A DNA stretch of 64,000 bases from Prorocentrum cordatum (taxonomy: Eukaryota). The first letter of the stretch is position 1, and every line of letters starts with the position of its first letter. Location: positions 124,001 to 188,000 of the forward strand of contig CAUYUJ010000170.1 in the NCBI GenBank assembly GCA_963575745.1, read 5' to 3'. The notes under the pieces are model-generated. The model did no database searches, was not told the DNA's origin, and saw nothing but the letters and a program-made list of their open reading frames with translations. Positions 37,655 through 50,829 of this stretch are shown here, one piece after another. The position numbers and the translations under genes were made by a program.

Positions 37655-38406
37655 TGCACCAGGACGCCAGGGGGATGAGGCAAAGAGAGGGGGGGCGGAG
37701 GAAGAAAGACTGCACCCTGGGGGCCACGCGTGCCTACGAAGCGCCCGACTCAGCCGGAATAAATCGGCGGCTGGGCGTGCGGCACAGGAACCGTTTTGCG
37801 CCGAGCGAGGGCCGGGGCTGCGCGGAGCGCGGGCGCCATCGCGTCGGGGGCACGGTCGGCAGCCTGCTTCGTGCTGCCGCGAGCGTGAGGCAGGCAGCGG
37901 CTCGCAGGACTGCACGGAGCAGCGGGAGAGTGCTCCCTCGCTCGCCCCGGCCCGCGGCTGCTGGAGGCCGCGGGAGCACGATGGGGTGGAGGGGGGGAGA
38001 GCGGGCCCATGGGCCAGGGGCGGCGCGCGAGGACGGGGCATAAAGCGACGCGAAGATCGGGACAAAATCGGATCGGGATCACTCGTATTGGGCGCCGCGG
38101 CCGCTCCAGAGCGTTCCGGAACGCTCTGAGAGCGCTCCGGAACGCTCTGGAGCGATTTATCCCGATCCCAGCCCTGTTTTAGGGCAGGAGAGGGCCGCGG
38201 GTGAGCGAGCCTGGCGCGCCAGCGCATCCAAAGGCGCACCTGCGCTGCGCGAGCACGCGCGTGCGATGGGGCGCTGCCCCCCCACCGCTGGCGGCCGCGG
38301 ACGCGGCCGGCCTCCCCCCGCTCGGGCGCACCTCTGCGAGCGCCCCGGCGAGCGCAGGCCGGCGAGCGGCAGGCGCAGAGAGCGGCGGAGGGGGGCGCGG
38401 CGAGGA

Positions 38407-38606
38407 TCGGGTCGGGCGAAAGGGGGGGATAGCAAAGGGGGGGGTTGAGAATCAGCTCTCGTAGCTGATTTTCCCGGCGCCTCCCGGCGCCGGGAGGCGG
38501 CCATGTATCCATGAATGGGCCCCTCGGTGGGGCCGAAACCAGCTGCATGCAGCGAATTTCGTACCCCCCCCCCCCCCTTTCCCATCCCTCCTTTTCGTCT
38601 GGCCCG
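38407..38606. mobile_element. MITE (similar organisation to 41884-42118)
   Basis: TCGGGTCGGGCGAAAGGGGGG ... CCTTTTCGTCTGGCCCGA inverted ends. Confidence 0.6.
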
Positions 38607-38693
38607 AGAGGAGGCGCCCCAAGCTGCGGGGCGCTGCTGCAGAGTTTACTGGGAAGGGCGACTGGAAGACTGCGCGACGCAGCGCAGCAACTA

Positions 38694-38868
38694 CAGTCGG
38701 GGCGTTGACCTAAGGAACCCTAAATGAGGAACGAGGCCCCTATTTCCCATAAGTTGAACTTCGATTTCGTATCGAAAACCTAAGGAAATCCAAGGCAAGC
38801 TGCGAAACAATCAAGGAACACGGAGCCCCTCCCCAACGAAAAGGGTTCCTTCTTCAGGGCCCCGACTG
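38694..38868. mobile_element. Tc1/mariner-pogo-type MITE, second copy
   Basis: Colinear with 26693-26869; flanks are TA and CA. Confidence 0.85.
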
Positions 38869-40117
38869 CATGCTGGAGGCAGGGAACGGACGAGCGGCTG
38901 GACGCTGGGACAGAGCATGCCAGCAGTGCGCGAGAGCGCGCGGCTCTTCCCAGAGATAGGGGGCCACGAGCCAGCAATCCACCAAGGGAGTGAGCAGACT
39001 GCGATTGCTCCACACGCCGCGTCGCGCGGGCGCCCGAGGTAGGACGCCCACTCGCCCCGGGGCGCATGGAGAGCAGAGTGGATTGCGGCAGCGGTAGCGG
39101 CGGCTAGGGGGAGCGCGGAACAGGAGGAGGGATCCACTCCGCCATGGGTCGACTTTGGGAAAAGGACCCCGGCGGCACGCTGAGCATCTTTTGCAAAACA
39201 TGCGATTCACGCTACGCAGCCCGCCGGCCTAGCAGGAAGAAGTGGGCGACATACCTGAGCCGAGTGAGTGCGGTCGCAAAGTAGCGGCGGTGGACAAACC
39301 TCCCTTTAGTAAACCTCCCCTTAGTGAAGACGGCCTGGGACCAAAAGCGGCGGACCTGGACCCGCAAAAATGACGGCCGCGACGCCCTCTCGCGAACCGA
39401 AAGCGGCCGATTCCTTCATCGACGCGTCAGGGTAGGAGGTCTGTCCGCCCCCGAGCAATGTAGAGACGGACCGTGGCGTGGCTGCCACGCTGCATGTCTG
39501 CCCAGGGGCGAGCCAGTGGCAGTCCGGGGACGCTGGCGGGCCCAGGGGGGCCCCGAGGCAGTCGTCGCGCCCCCCCGCCGAGAGAGAAAAACAAAAGAAA
39601 CACCTCCAGGAGGCACAGAGATCCGCCAGGCAGCCCTGATTGTGGACAACAGTGGCAGGTGAGGCTGCGTCCGAGAGGGTTCTCGCGCGAGGGGCTGTGA
39701 CGAATCGCACGAGCGACGGTGAAACACAAGTGCAGACGAATTACGAAAAGAGCAAGGAGAAGAGTACGGACGCAAACCATACGTGGGAACTTGGACATGA
39801 AACACCGAACGCGAACCCGAAATGTGAAACAAGTGAAATCAACACGAATGTGCATCCGAATTGTAAAAATGCGAAACAAGGACGAGATCGCATCCGTAGC
39901 AGTTAGATTCGCAAGTTTTTGTGTCATAGCTTTTCTTCGCTGAGCCTCCCATCGCAAGCTTTCCTATCTCTATCGGCTCGTGCTTCCCTCGCTCTCGCAC
40001 CTCCGATGCGGACTTCACTCACAAACTCTCATGCGTTGCCGCTCTCGAGCTGACATGCCCGTCTGCCCAGCCGGGAACTTACAGCCAGAGGGGAGCTAAC
40101 TTAGAAGAAGACAAAAC

Positions 40118-40283
40118 CACATAAACATAAACTTTTGGCGCTCCGCGCGGATTTTTTGGATCCGCGCTGGACCCCCCTCCCTGGCGCGCGGAGCGCGCCA
40201 GGGGCGGCGCCGGAGGCGCCGCCGGGCGGCCCAGGCGCGGATCCAAGAAATCCGCGCGGAGCGCCAAAAGCTTATGATTTATG
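40118..40283. mobile_element. GC-rich MITE with long TIRs
   Basis: TTTTGGCGCTCCGCGCGGATTT..TGGATCCGCGC / GCGCGGATCCAAGAAATCCGCGCGGAGCGCCAAAAG. Confidence 0.8.
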
Positions 40284-41883
40284 TGGACCTTTCTTCTTGG
40301 ACAGCCGCTGCACCTCTGCGAGGCTCGATCGATAGCAGCGCGGAGGAGTTCCGCGCTGATGCCGATCGAGGCGCTTCGCATCGAGGTCACACGTCAGCGG
40401 GCCCACGCCGTCGGCGCACCCTCCCCCGCGCAGAGCGCTGGTCCCAGCCGGGCGCGCCGCCGGGGTGCCCCCCGGGGACAGGGGTCACTGCACCGGCCTT
40501 GCGGGCGAGCTGCGGCGGAGTTCTGCGCAGATGTCTGCGCGGGTGTCTGCCCGAAGCGGCGGGCGAAGAGCGGAGTGAACTTTCGGGCGGGTGCTTGTTT
40601 TCAGTCTCTATGCCTGGCCCAGAACAGTCCGCACGAAATTCACCTCGAAGTCCGGAACGAACTTCTCCAGGACACTCCGGGCCCATCCCATCGTTGTCCA
40701 GACGAAGTCCGCTCCGCGATGTTGGCGCCATGGCAGATGAGACGCGGCGCAGCAGCGGGCCCATCACGATGGCCCGTGCCGAGCCGCCGGCAGGACACCC
40801 CTGGGGCCACCCCTGCTTCGACCGCGGGCACGCGGTGGCTGCCGCCGACGACCCTGGCGGAGCTGCTCGGGGCGAAGGGAGGGCGCGCGGAATAGAAGCT
40901 GGGGCAGCCACGGCGGCGGACCAGGAGCCCTCGAGTGCGCGGGCGAGCCAGGCGCGCTCGAAGAGCGGGGAGGCGGCTGCGAGGTCGAAGCTGGCGATCA
41001 TGGGAAGAGCGGCGCTCGGCGCGAGGGGCCGCGCCGGCACGCCGCACCCCGGTCGCGGCGGGCGAGACGCCTCGTGGTAGCTGCGGCCGCGGCGGAGCTC
41101 CGCTGCGCGGTGCGGGCACGCTGGAAGGTGGCGGTCTTTAGCCAAAAGCTGGCGGCGCCCGCGGTGGCCCCGATGTCGGCGCTCTTGAGGGGTTGGCGTT
41201 CGCGTGGTGGCGGTCCTGAGCTGGAAGCTGGCGGCGCCCGCGGTGGCCCTGATGCCGGCGCTCTTGAGAGTTGACGGGCGCGTGTCGCCAGGCTCCTGGT
41301 CAGCGGAGAGCTCGCCCACGGCGTTGCCCTCTTCGGACGGAAGGCGAAGTCGGAATTGCTGGCGTCGCGGATGAGGTGCTGGCCCAGGCAGAAGAAGAAG
41401 GCGAGGCACTCGAGGATGGAATGCGAGGCGTCGCGCGCGAGCCAAGCGGGGCAAAGAGGGGCAATCAGGACCGGGCAATGGCGCGCGAACCCTCGTCGGG
41501 AAGTGCGGAACCGAGACCTCGGAGGGGGCATCGATGTTGAGCGTGTCTGCCATAGACGTGCGCTCGCCGACGCGCTGCCTGACCTTCGCCTCGCCGACCT
41601 CCCCGCCGCCCGAGATGGGCTGCCAGTGCGGGCGAAGGGCATCGACCACTAGGTCGGGCATGTCCTCCTGTAGGCGGATTTTGGACAAGAAAATGTCAAA
41701 AGCTCGCCCCGAAACCATCTTTGACTATTCTGGAACATTCCTCCTGCAGAGGGACGTGCCCGGCTTAACCCTGGGCATGCGCTCGTCGATGCGCTGCCTG
41801 ACCTTCGCCTCGCCGACCTCCCCGCGGCCCGAGAGCGGCTGCCGGTGCGAGCGAAGGGCACCAACCATGTCCGAGCCCCGATT

Positions 41884-42118
41884 TGGGTGACCCAAAAGGG
41901 GGTCCAGCTGAAAGGGGGTATGGCACATGTACTGCGTCGGAGAATTGTATTGCACTGTCTTGCAAGTAATGTATTCCACGCGAAAAAAACAGACATACAT
42001 CTGCGCCCCGGAATGTATTGCAAGCCCCATGCTTCGTGCAACCCCACACACATCTATTGCACCAAACCTATTGCACCACCCCCTTGTCGCTGGACCCCCT
42101 TTTCGGCCAACCCGATCT
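41884..42118. mobile_element. MITE inserted in the LINE relic
   Basis: AAAAGGGGGTCCAGCTGAAAGGGGGT versus ACCCCCTTGTCGCTGGACCCCCTTTT. Confidence 0.7.
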
Positions 42119-42284
42119 GAGCCCTCTCTCTCCGGCGGCGCACGCGGGCCCCCCGCGGGGGCCTGGACCTCTGGCGGGCGAGGCGACGGCGCCCCCGCGG
42201 GGCCGCGGGAGGGGGGTGGGGCGCTGACGTGGGGGCCGCAGGGCCCCGCGGAGCTGTTCTGTAGGGGAACAGACAGTGACACAA

Positions 42285-42440
42285 GCACAATGAAAACTCG
42301 GAGGTCCGCGCGAATTTCTCGGGTCGGCGCTGGACCGCCCTGGCGGCGCCTCTGGCGCCGGGCCCTGGCGGCGCCTCCGGCGGCGCCTCCGGCGCCGACC
42401 CGAGGAATGCGCGCGGACCTCCGAGTTATTATGCTCAGGT
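42285..42440. mobile_element. GC-rich MITE (family of 40118-40283)
   Basis: AACTCGGAGGTCCGCGCG.ATT.CTCGGGTCGGCGC / GCGCCGACCCGAGGAATGCGCGCGGACCTCCGAGTT. Confidence 0.8.
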
Positions 42441-44399
42441 CATTGTCTGTTTTCCTGTTTTGGGCCGCTCGCCCCAACCAGGGCGGATAGGCGCCGGGCC
42501 GCTTGCTCCGACGGCGAACGCCGCCGAGCCTCGCGGTCGCGGCTCAGAGGGGCCAAGAGCGCGGAGGAGGCGGCGTCGTCGACGAGGCCGATGCGTTCGC
42601 CGTCGAACTTCGTGAACTTGGCGCCGATGTCGGCAATGCAATCTCAGCGTCGAGCGAGACGGCGATGCTGAAGCTCTTGAGCTCGACCGCGCTGCGATCG
42701 CGCGCCCATCCAAGAATCCGAACTTGAATCTTTCGCCGCCCCAAGGGCCTGGCCGTCGCGGGCCAGGCGGGCGGCGCCTCGCATCAGTTGGCTGCGCGCG
42801 CGCCGGCGGGGCCCCAGCGAGAAGCGGGGGAAGGGGGGCGCTGGGCGCGCCAGTCAGCTGCTGGAGGCAGTCGGCGCAGTTCGGGTCGCGGGAGACCGCC
42901 CGCGGGGTGGCCCGATCCAGCGGCGGCGGCCGAAGCGCAATGGCGAGCGGGAATGCTCGAGATGATCGCGCGGTCGCCGACGCGCGTGCCGGAACGGAGG
43001 GAAGCGCCGCGATCGATCGCGAGGTCGGCCACGCTCTGCTGCGTCGCGGGCGAGCGGGGGGGGCCGAGGGAGGCAGTCGGAGGCGAAAGCGGCGTCGTCG
43101 GCCACGCGGAGGCGCGGCAGCGCAGCTCGGTCTCGGCCTCGAGCATGCCGCCGAGCAGAGACCCCCAAAACGGCCGCCGCCGGCAGGCGCTGTTGTCGGG
43201 GGCGGGGCGGGCGCGTCGCGGCCTCGGTTGGGCGCGGCCGTTTGTCGGGCGGCAGACCGCGTGGAAGTCCCGCTGGCGACGGAGGTGCGGGGCCCGCGGG
43301 TAGTCTCGGCCCGCGCGCGCTCAGGGCGTCGAGCCTTGTCGCGGCCCGTCGAAGGGGCGCCATGGCTGCGAACGCTCACGCTGACGACGGCATCGCGCGT
43401 GGTCGCATTGGCGATGGCGACGGCTTGCGCCCGACAAGGGGCGATCGGCTCGCCCGAGACGAAGGGGGGGTGATCGCCAGCTGCGAAAGGGCGAACCGAT
43501 GGGGCCACCGCGGCAAACCCCCGTCCGCCCCCGAGAACGAGGACCCATTCGGGGCCTGGAACCTGTAAAAGAACATCAACCGCGGGCACGACCGCGCGCC
43601 CGCCCGCGCGAGGAGCACAGCCTGTGCACCATGAACTTATTGCGCTGAGATGGCGCGGCGCCACTCCGCGAATCTGGCGAGAACGGCTCGCCCCTTCCGC
43701 CCGCGGCCCCTCTCGCGGCGCACGCGGGCGCGGCCGCTCCAGGAGACGCATCGCGCGGGAGAGGCGCGCCCCCATCGCCACCCGTGCTGGCCATCGCTCG
43801 GACGTCCGTTTCCTGTGTGTTTTTGTTTGGTTCCGTGCATGTTTTTTCGTCGAGTGATCAAGGGTGCTCCTCGATGGTCCTCGCCGAAGGAGAAACGCAC
43901 GCGCCCGAGCGATGCCAAGCGCGGGGGCCGCGGGCGGCCGCGAACGCCACTCCGCCGCCCCCGCGCCCGCGAAGGGCGCGGCGGGGGCCGCGCCCCCGCC
44001 GCGGCCCCCGCGATGCGGCTGCTCGGGCGCCGCGGGTTACGCTCGGGGGCGGCCGGGTCGCTCCGGCCCCCGCGGCGCCCCGGGGCGCGCGGCGGGCGCG
44101 GCGGCGCAGCGGGCCTCTCTGGCCCGCGGGGGCGCGGCGAAGCCGCGGCGGCGCTGCCGAGATAGGGGGGGGGGGCCAGAGGCACAGAGAAGTAGGCGCG
44201 CATCCCAGGGCCCCCCATCATGTCCTGGATATTCCGGGTTTTCGCGCCCCCCCCACTTCCCATAGTTCCTTAGATCGTGTCTGCGTGTGTTCCCCCCTTC
44301 GCGGCCTGGATCTCAGCGCGAATCTGCCTGGCGGACCCGCCGGGTTCGATTGCGGCAGGGGCGCGCTGGCCCGTCGCGCCGGCGGGCCCGGAGCGCCGC

Positions 44400-45850
44400 A
44401 CCCCCTGGCCAACCGCGTCGTTGAGATCGCTGGGGGGGGCCGAGGACCCGCCCAAAGGCGACTTCCACGCCGCCCTCGACATGGAAGACGAGGCGGCCGG
44501 CAGGCAAGCCCCCATGGGTTCAGCCATGTCGTCGCAAAGGTAGGCGGCTGCGATCCGCTCCTGGAGATCGTCAGCGACGCAACTGGGGGCGACGACCCAC
44601 CAGCGATCGACGGCGAAAAGCGCTGGGCCAGGGGCGTGGCCCCACTCGGCGAAGCGCGCGATGTCGGCGATCGGGATCTGGGCTTCGGCGAGCGCGAAAG
44701 TCTCGCGCATCCAGTCGATTTGTGTCCACGCACGGCGTTGTTATTCTGCCTGGCGGCGTTGTCCATGACGGGTGCGAATTGACGATGTCCTGCACTGCGC
44801 CCGGCTGGCGTTCGGGTTGAACCACTCTTTGAACAAATCGATGAAAGTCGTTGCGGGGAAGCTCGAGGAGATCGCCGGCTTGGTTCTGGAAGGCGGCGGC
44901 CTGTTCTTGCACGAGGCGTCGAAGAGAGGCGCAGAGGCCGACTGCGATGCCATAGACGCAGCGCCGGCCGTCATCTCCTCTTGGACGGGGCCGGGTGCGC
45001 TGCAACAATATCTTCGTCCAGGAAGAAAACAACCGCGGGTCGGCCGCATCATCGACGCGCGGGCCCCGCGGGTCAACTTCTCCAGCGAGTGGGTCGGGAA
45101 ACGCAGTGCGAGTTGGAAGCTGAGTTGCGGCAACTTGGCGCGGTACTTCTTGAGGAGGGAGTGCGGCGGGCCCCCCCCCCACTGTCCTGAAGTGTTATCC
45201 GAGAAAGCACGGGCAAGCAAGTCTGGCTGAGCGTGCTGGCGATGCTGCGAAAGGTCGCCGGCATCCCTGGTAGTGGCGGTTGCCGGGCGTTTTGCCCCCG
45301 CAACGGTAAAGCGTCGCGCATGGGCCTCGCCGCGGACAGTTGAGCAAGCACGCGACGAGAAGCGCCCCCGCGACCAGGGTGGCGCGTGGCTTGCCGGGCT
45401 CCAAAATGGTCGTGGCGGTCGGGGCGGGGCGCGAGATGTCGCGCTTTCTGGCGTCGGCGACGAGAGGCGACTGACGAGGGAACGCCCCTGGAAAATAAGA
45501 CGTTAATCAGCGCTGCCACCACTGGACCCTCTGTGAGAGGGCGTTGTGACTGTTTGATTTGAATGCTGGAATGGAAGCTGTTCGACGACGTGCCAATGTC
45601 GGTCTGATGAGCGGAGCTAGAACGCACTGCCGCAAGGCGTAGAAACTCCAGCCGCCGACGCTGACCACGGCGCTGGATATGGGAGTTCGGAGCGCGGGTC
45701 GGCGAGACTGCAATATGGAAGGCAGCATGCAAGGCCAGCGCTGTGAGAAGGAGAAGCTGGAAAGGCTGCGGAATGTTGCGGGCCCCTGGCTGCGGCAGCT
45801 ACGCATTGGAAGCTGACCTCGGTCCTGAGGTCTCCATGAAACCGCACGGC
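44400..45850 (-). mobile_element. Second, older LINE relic (RT C-terminal and post-RT region)
   Basis: Frameshifted coding-like segments: TDIG (ADDIG-like), KYRAKLPQLSFQLALRFP, AASMASQ, VDRWW. Confidence 0.4.
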
Positions 45851-48800
45851 GGCACGGGGACTTGAGCCGACACTGTTACAGAAAGGCGCGGGGGAGGAGG
45901 AGGGGGCGGTTTAGAAGGCATCCGATAATCATGAGGTTGAAAGGCCAGCCGTTGTCAAAATGCACGTCTCGCCTGGGGGCCGCGCATATTCGCATTCAAC
46001 CTGTTCCACAAACGCAAGGATGGAGGGCCGGTGACAATCAGAGCGCATCTCTCGCCATACCGCCGCGCACATATGTTTGAAACGCTTCCGATACTTCCAA
46101 CGATGGGTCGCTTGTCGGTTTGAACATGCGATGTCCGCTTTCGCGCAGCGCACCTTCGCATGAACTTCTCGACGGCTACAAGGGTGGATGGCTGGCGGCG
46201 CTACTAACTCCGATCATCGCCCCAACACCGCGCACATTCGTTTCGAAAACGTCCAACAACTACGAGGGCGGAAACCGACCCGTTTGCAAAATGCGGACTC
46301 CACCAAAGACATATTCAACTTGAAAGCACGCGGCCCGAAATACCATTGCACGCAACGATTACACGGATGAGCGGCCCTTCCTTCTCAACGCGGGGCTCTC
46401 GCTTGAGACGTTCGCAAGCTGCATGAGCAGAGGCTTGGGGCATGCGCCCTTTAACTGCACAGGTGGGCGGCGCATCCCATGCTTAACAAAACTATCGGTG
46501 GACACGTCCTGTAACTTCGACCACGCAGTGGAGGCCAGTCCACGAGAAACCTTCAACATGAAACCCAACCCTGAGACCCCAGAACGTCTACTGACTTGTG
46601 GGATGGGAACGCCACGTTTTCCATAGCAGAACCATCGAGACTCAAGAAATCCAGGGCGCCCTGGAGACAAGCAGGGTGTTTCTTGGCATGGGTTTCCACT
46701 GCAACTCCGATCCTACCTCTTCGCGCTCTTTGGCTGCGAGGAGGGAGGGCGGATCCTTTACAAGATGGCGCCTCTCGCCGAAAGGGCCAGCCTACCGGGC
46801 GCCGCTGCCACTCCAAAAGGGGGGTGCAACCGCGCTGGACAAGAACGCACCCAGGAGCCACCGCGACACCACTGTGCTCGCGCAGCAGGGTCGGGCGGGC
46901 GGGGAAAAACGCATCCCGCCAGCGGGACGGCCAGGCGGGAGGCGAATCGTAACCACCTGCGGCGAGAACGCGCTCGCGGGCGCGAAGGGTGGGGGTTCGC
47001 CTCAGCTGAATATAGCCGTCCCGCAGCACTGGGGACAAGCAAGAAGAGTAGCCATAAACGGGCCACGGTGCCCCGCCGCGACTTCTCCCCGCGCTAAAGA
47101 GCAGCCCAGAGCGCCCACTAGAAGTCGCGTCGAGGCTGGGCCCGCGCTTACGCAGGGCACAACCGTCGACTGGCGCAGGCCCAGGCCAGGCGGTGGGGTG
47201 AGCGCGACTAAGTCCGAAGACGAGGACGAGGCCTCCTGCGAAGAGGACCGACGATGGGGCAGCTCGCCTGCAGGCGTCGGGCTGCCCCCTGCACGGCGGC
47301 CTTGCAGCCGGTCAAACTGCCCCTCCGCGCGGACTTGTCAGGAAGAGACTTGGGACGGGACAGAATACTACAGCAGTCCTGGGTTTGCTCCGGTACCCTC
47401 CTCCTCCTCCTCCTCCTCCTCCACTTTCCTCTCCTCCTCCTCCCCCTCCTCCCCCCCTCCTCCTCCTCCTCCTCCTCCTCCTCCTCCTCCTCCTCCTCCT
47501 CCTCCTCCTCCTCCTCCTCCTCCTCCTCCTCCTCCTCTTATTCTTATTATTAGTTTTCCTTTTCTTCTTCTTCTTTTTCTCCCTCCTCCTCCACAAGTGC
47601 ACAATCTGAATACTACTCTCCTCGCTCCCGTGATGACGTCCGGAAGATGCCGGGTCCCCCTCCGCGCACTGTCTTTACACAGAGGATTCCCAGGAACTGG
47701 GTTTTCGCTGGGGATTTTGTCCAAAATGTTGCTCCCACTGAAGCGCTACATAAAGTTCTGCGCCGATGGTTGTTCCAAATCGTGCACCCGCTGCAGCGCG
47801 TGCGTTTTCGGTCTATCCAAAAAGGCCCCTAAAATGCCCCCCCGAAAGAATCATCGGAAGTGATTGCAGATTCGGTGTCGATTCGTTCATTTTTGTTGGC
47901 CGCGGAAGCCCCACCCTCCACTTTGGGGCGTCGTCGCTTTCAGGAAGTCAAGCGAGAGCCCCGTCTCTGCTTCATCATCCTCATCCTCATCCTCATCCTC
48001 ATCCTCATCCTCCTCCTCCTCCTCCTCCTCCTCCTCCTCATCATCATCATCATCATCCTCATCCTCATCCTCGTCCTCATCATCATCACCATCACCATCA
48101 TCATAATCTGCGTCGCCATCATCACCACCATCAGCATCCCCATCATCCCCACCATCACCACCAACAACACCAGCCCGACCCATGACCTAGAAGGGAAAGA
48201 ATATGCCCTGGGCGGGAAGGCACTCCCTGGACCCTGCAACTGCCCTTGGGGCCCGCTTTTCATCGCGCACCTGCTTCCCAACACTCACATGTTGTTGGGT
48301 CCTACATTTAGGTCGGGCGATGTAAAACAATTCAAACATGGCCAAAAAATATTTAAAACAATCGTCCCCATACTTTGTTTTGACTACTTTGCATATCCCT
48401 CCTGTAGAGAGACGTGCCCGACTTAATCCTATGTTTGAATCCGCAGCGCCGCGCGTTTTCTCTCCTTTCCATCCCGCCTCTCTCTCCTTCTCCTGCTTCG
48501 GGGGAGACCAAGAGGGGGGCGTCCAAGAGGGGGGGCGCAGACCATGGCCGGCGACACGTGCGCGGCCCAAGGGGGGGGGTCAGGGACGTATCGAAATCAG
48601 AAGAGGCGCCATGAAATCTGAGGAAACATCATTGGCCCACGACATGATACCCATCCCCCCTAGTCATCACCCCCATCTTGGCCGCCCCTGGCTGCTGTCG
48701 CAGCGCCACAGGTCGAGCCCGGCGCCTCCACCCCAGGCACGCACGCGAGGCTTGCGGCGGCGGGCCGGCGGGCTCGAGGTATGCCGAGCCCACGCCGGAG

Positions 48801-48869
48801 CCAGGCCATTGCAGAATGGGGGGGGGGGAGGGGAGAGCTCTCGCACTCTCTGTCTCTAAAGCCGCCTCC

Positions 48870-49603
48870 ATTTCTTTTCCTTATGAATAATGTCTCCCTG
48901 ATGCACCCCGAGGCCAGTTGTAGGGCGGGCCGGGCGTACCACTTACGACCCTTAAGCTTAAAAAGTGGCAACAGACTCACCGATGAAGGGCGGGTGGTTT
49001 CGAAATGTGGCTCTCGCCTTAGCGCCGCGCACATTCGTTTCAAACATGTGCAAGAGCTTCACGGATTGAGGATCACCCATTTTCCAAATGCGGCTCGCCT
49101 TTAAGCCTTAGCGCCGCGCACATTCGTTCTAAAAATGTGCAAGAGTTTCACGGATTGAGGATCACCAGTTTTCATGGCTCTCGCCTGAGCGCTGCGCACA
49201 TTCGTTCTAAACATGTGCAAGAGCTTCACGGATTGAGGGCGGCTCCTTTTAAACATGTGGCACTCGACTTAGCGCCGCGCGCATTCGTTCACAATTTCCA
49301 AGTGTTTCACTGATTTCCACGATCGACGCTGCGTTTTGGAAGGATTCTGGATTTTGCGGGCGCAACAGCTACGTTGATTCGCGGTGTTGCAATCCTAAGA
49401 ATTGCGTTCTGGCACGGACGCAGCAGTCAGGTTGATCCGTGGCGTTAGAATCCCGAGAACGGTTGTCTTCTGGTCTTCAAACGGTTGTCTTCCAACGAGG
49501 CAGATCCCTCAATAGAAATGAACCGTTGTATTGGGCCTATGAAGAGGAATCTTGGAGGGAGGGTGTATTCCAACGTCGTTGATAGCTCTTGGGTTTACAC
49601 TGG
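48870..49603 (+). mobile_element. Family A copy
   Basis: Head, five to six 60-bp units, tail TTGGGTTTACACTGG|TCCTCC. Confidence 0.8.
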
Positions 49604-49999
49604 TCCTCCTCCTTCTCCGCCCCCTCCTCCTCCTCCTCCTCCTCCCCATCATCATCATCATCATCACCATCATCATCCAATAGTGTGGGAACTACCCATG
49701 GGATGTGTACCGTGGTGGACTGGCGTCATGCACAGAGAAGCAGGAAGACGGACGTGCACAAGAGAGGGAACGACAACACGGCGATGACCCTCGTGAGGAA
49801 AGAAACGGGGAGGAGAAGGAGGAGGAGGACGAGGGGGAGGAGAGAGAGAAAGAGGAGGAGGGGAGAAGGACGATGAGCAGGAGGAAGAGGAGGAGGAGGA
49901 GGAGGAGGAGGAGGAGGAGGAGGAGCAGGAGGAGGAGGAGGAGGTAGAGACGGCTCCTCCCCACCCCGACCTCTCCTGGCTCCGTAAGCCCCGCGCCCG

Positions 50000-50630
50000 A
50001 ATGCGCACGAGCAGCGGCCTCCAAGGGGTAAACGCCTCAGAGCTCTCCCCATGCCTGGCACACTCAAAAGGAAGATCCTGGTGGGCTCCACGCTCTCTGC
50101 GCCCAACTCGCACGCGTCGAAACTGCAAGCCTGGCCGCCTGCGAGAGAACCCGACCAGGCAGGCTCGGGGATCTTCCGACTGGCCGGCGAGTGCGGCCCC
50201 GCGGGCAGCTCGGGGTGCTCCATCGGAGCCTGGCGCCTACTGCCGAGCACGCGCGAACGAACCCAATAGAGGTGCGCAGCAGTGCGCTGGCCAGGTCTAT
50301 ATATGGTCCCGTTCGGGGCCTCCCCGAGACGGCACTCCCCATCAAAAACTCGCTGGAACGAACTGCTCTGGGAAACAGCTTCTTCTTGAGTGGCGGCCTC
50401 CAGCGAGCTCTTCTGAACGTCTCGCACGAGAGGCCAGCGATCATTCCCCATACCTTCCTGGCAGGAGTGAAAGCCAACAGAGCTTGCAGTGCACTCCTCG
50501 AAGACAAATCGCCAGCTTTAGGACCGTTGGCAACGTCTATACTGAGCACTGTGATGGGAAGCTCTCTTTCCTGCGTGCACGTCCTACCGCCGCCGCCGCT
50601 GTCCACAGAGAAGTGTTGGACATAAAACAC
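50000..50630 (-). pseudogene. Decayed C5-cytosine DNA methyltransferase-like domain of the retrotransposon-borne type
   Basis: Ordered degenerate motifs: FYVQHF/LCGQRRRR*D (motif I variant), VLSIDV..GDL, GLSCETFRRARW (PC motif IV), PRAVRS, MEHP (motif VI variant), FDACELGAESVEPT. Confidence 0.6.
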
Positions 50631-50829
50631 AGGCGTGGGGAGGAGGCATGGGAACGGGGTGGGTTTCTGGGACGTGTGCCGCGCGAAACTCGGTGGCGAC
50701 ACGTGCAACAGGCGAGAGCTCCTCCTCCTCCTCCTCCTCCTCCTCCTCCTCCTCCACCTCCTCCTCCACCTCCTCCTCCTCCTCCTCCTCCTCGCCTCGA
50801 CTCACAGCATTTCAACTTCGGCACCCTCG

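Larger units (their letters stand above)
40390..43800 (-). mobile_element. Heavily decayed LINE ORF2 (APE endonuclease plus reverse transcriptase), interrupted by MITEs at 41884-42440
   Basis: Colinear degenerate motifs across frames. EN: QIRG (about 43670), PCRAQAVAI..VRSHG, RDFH (GDFN, 43265), IDR (43015), GSGH (SDH, 42910). RT: PGPD (41470), FAFRPK, TRPSTLK (41275), SFDLAAASP (40985), QGCP...MGPLLR (40795). Confidence 0.75.
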
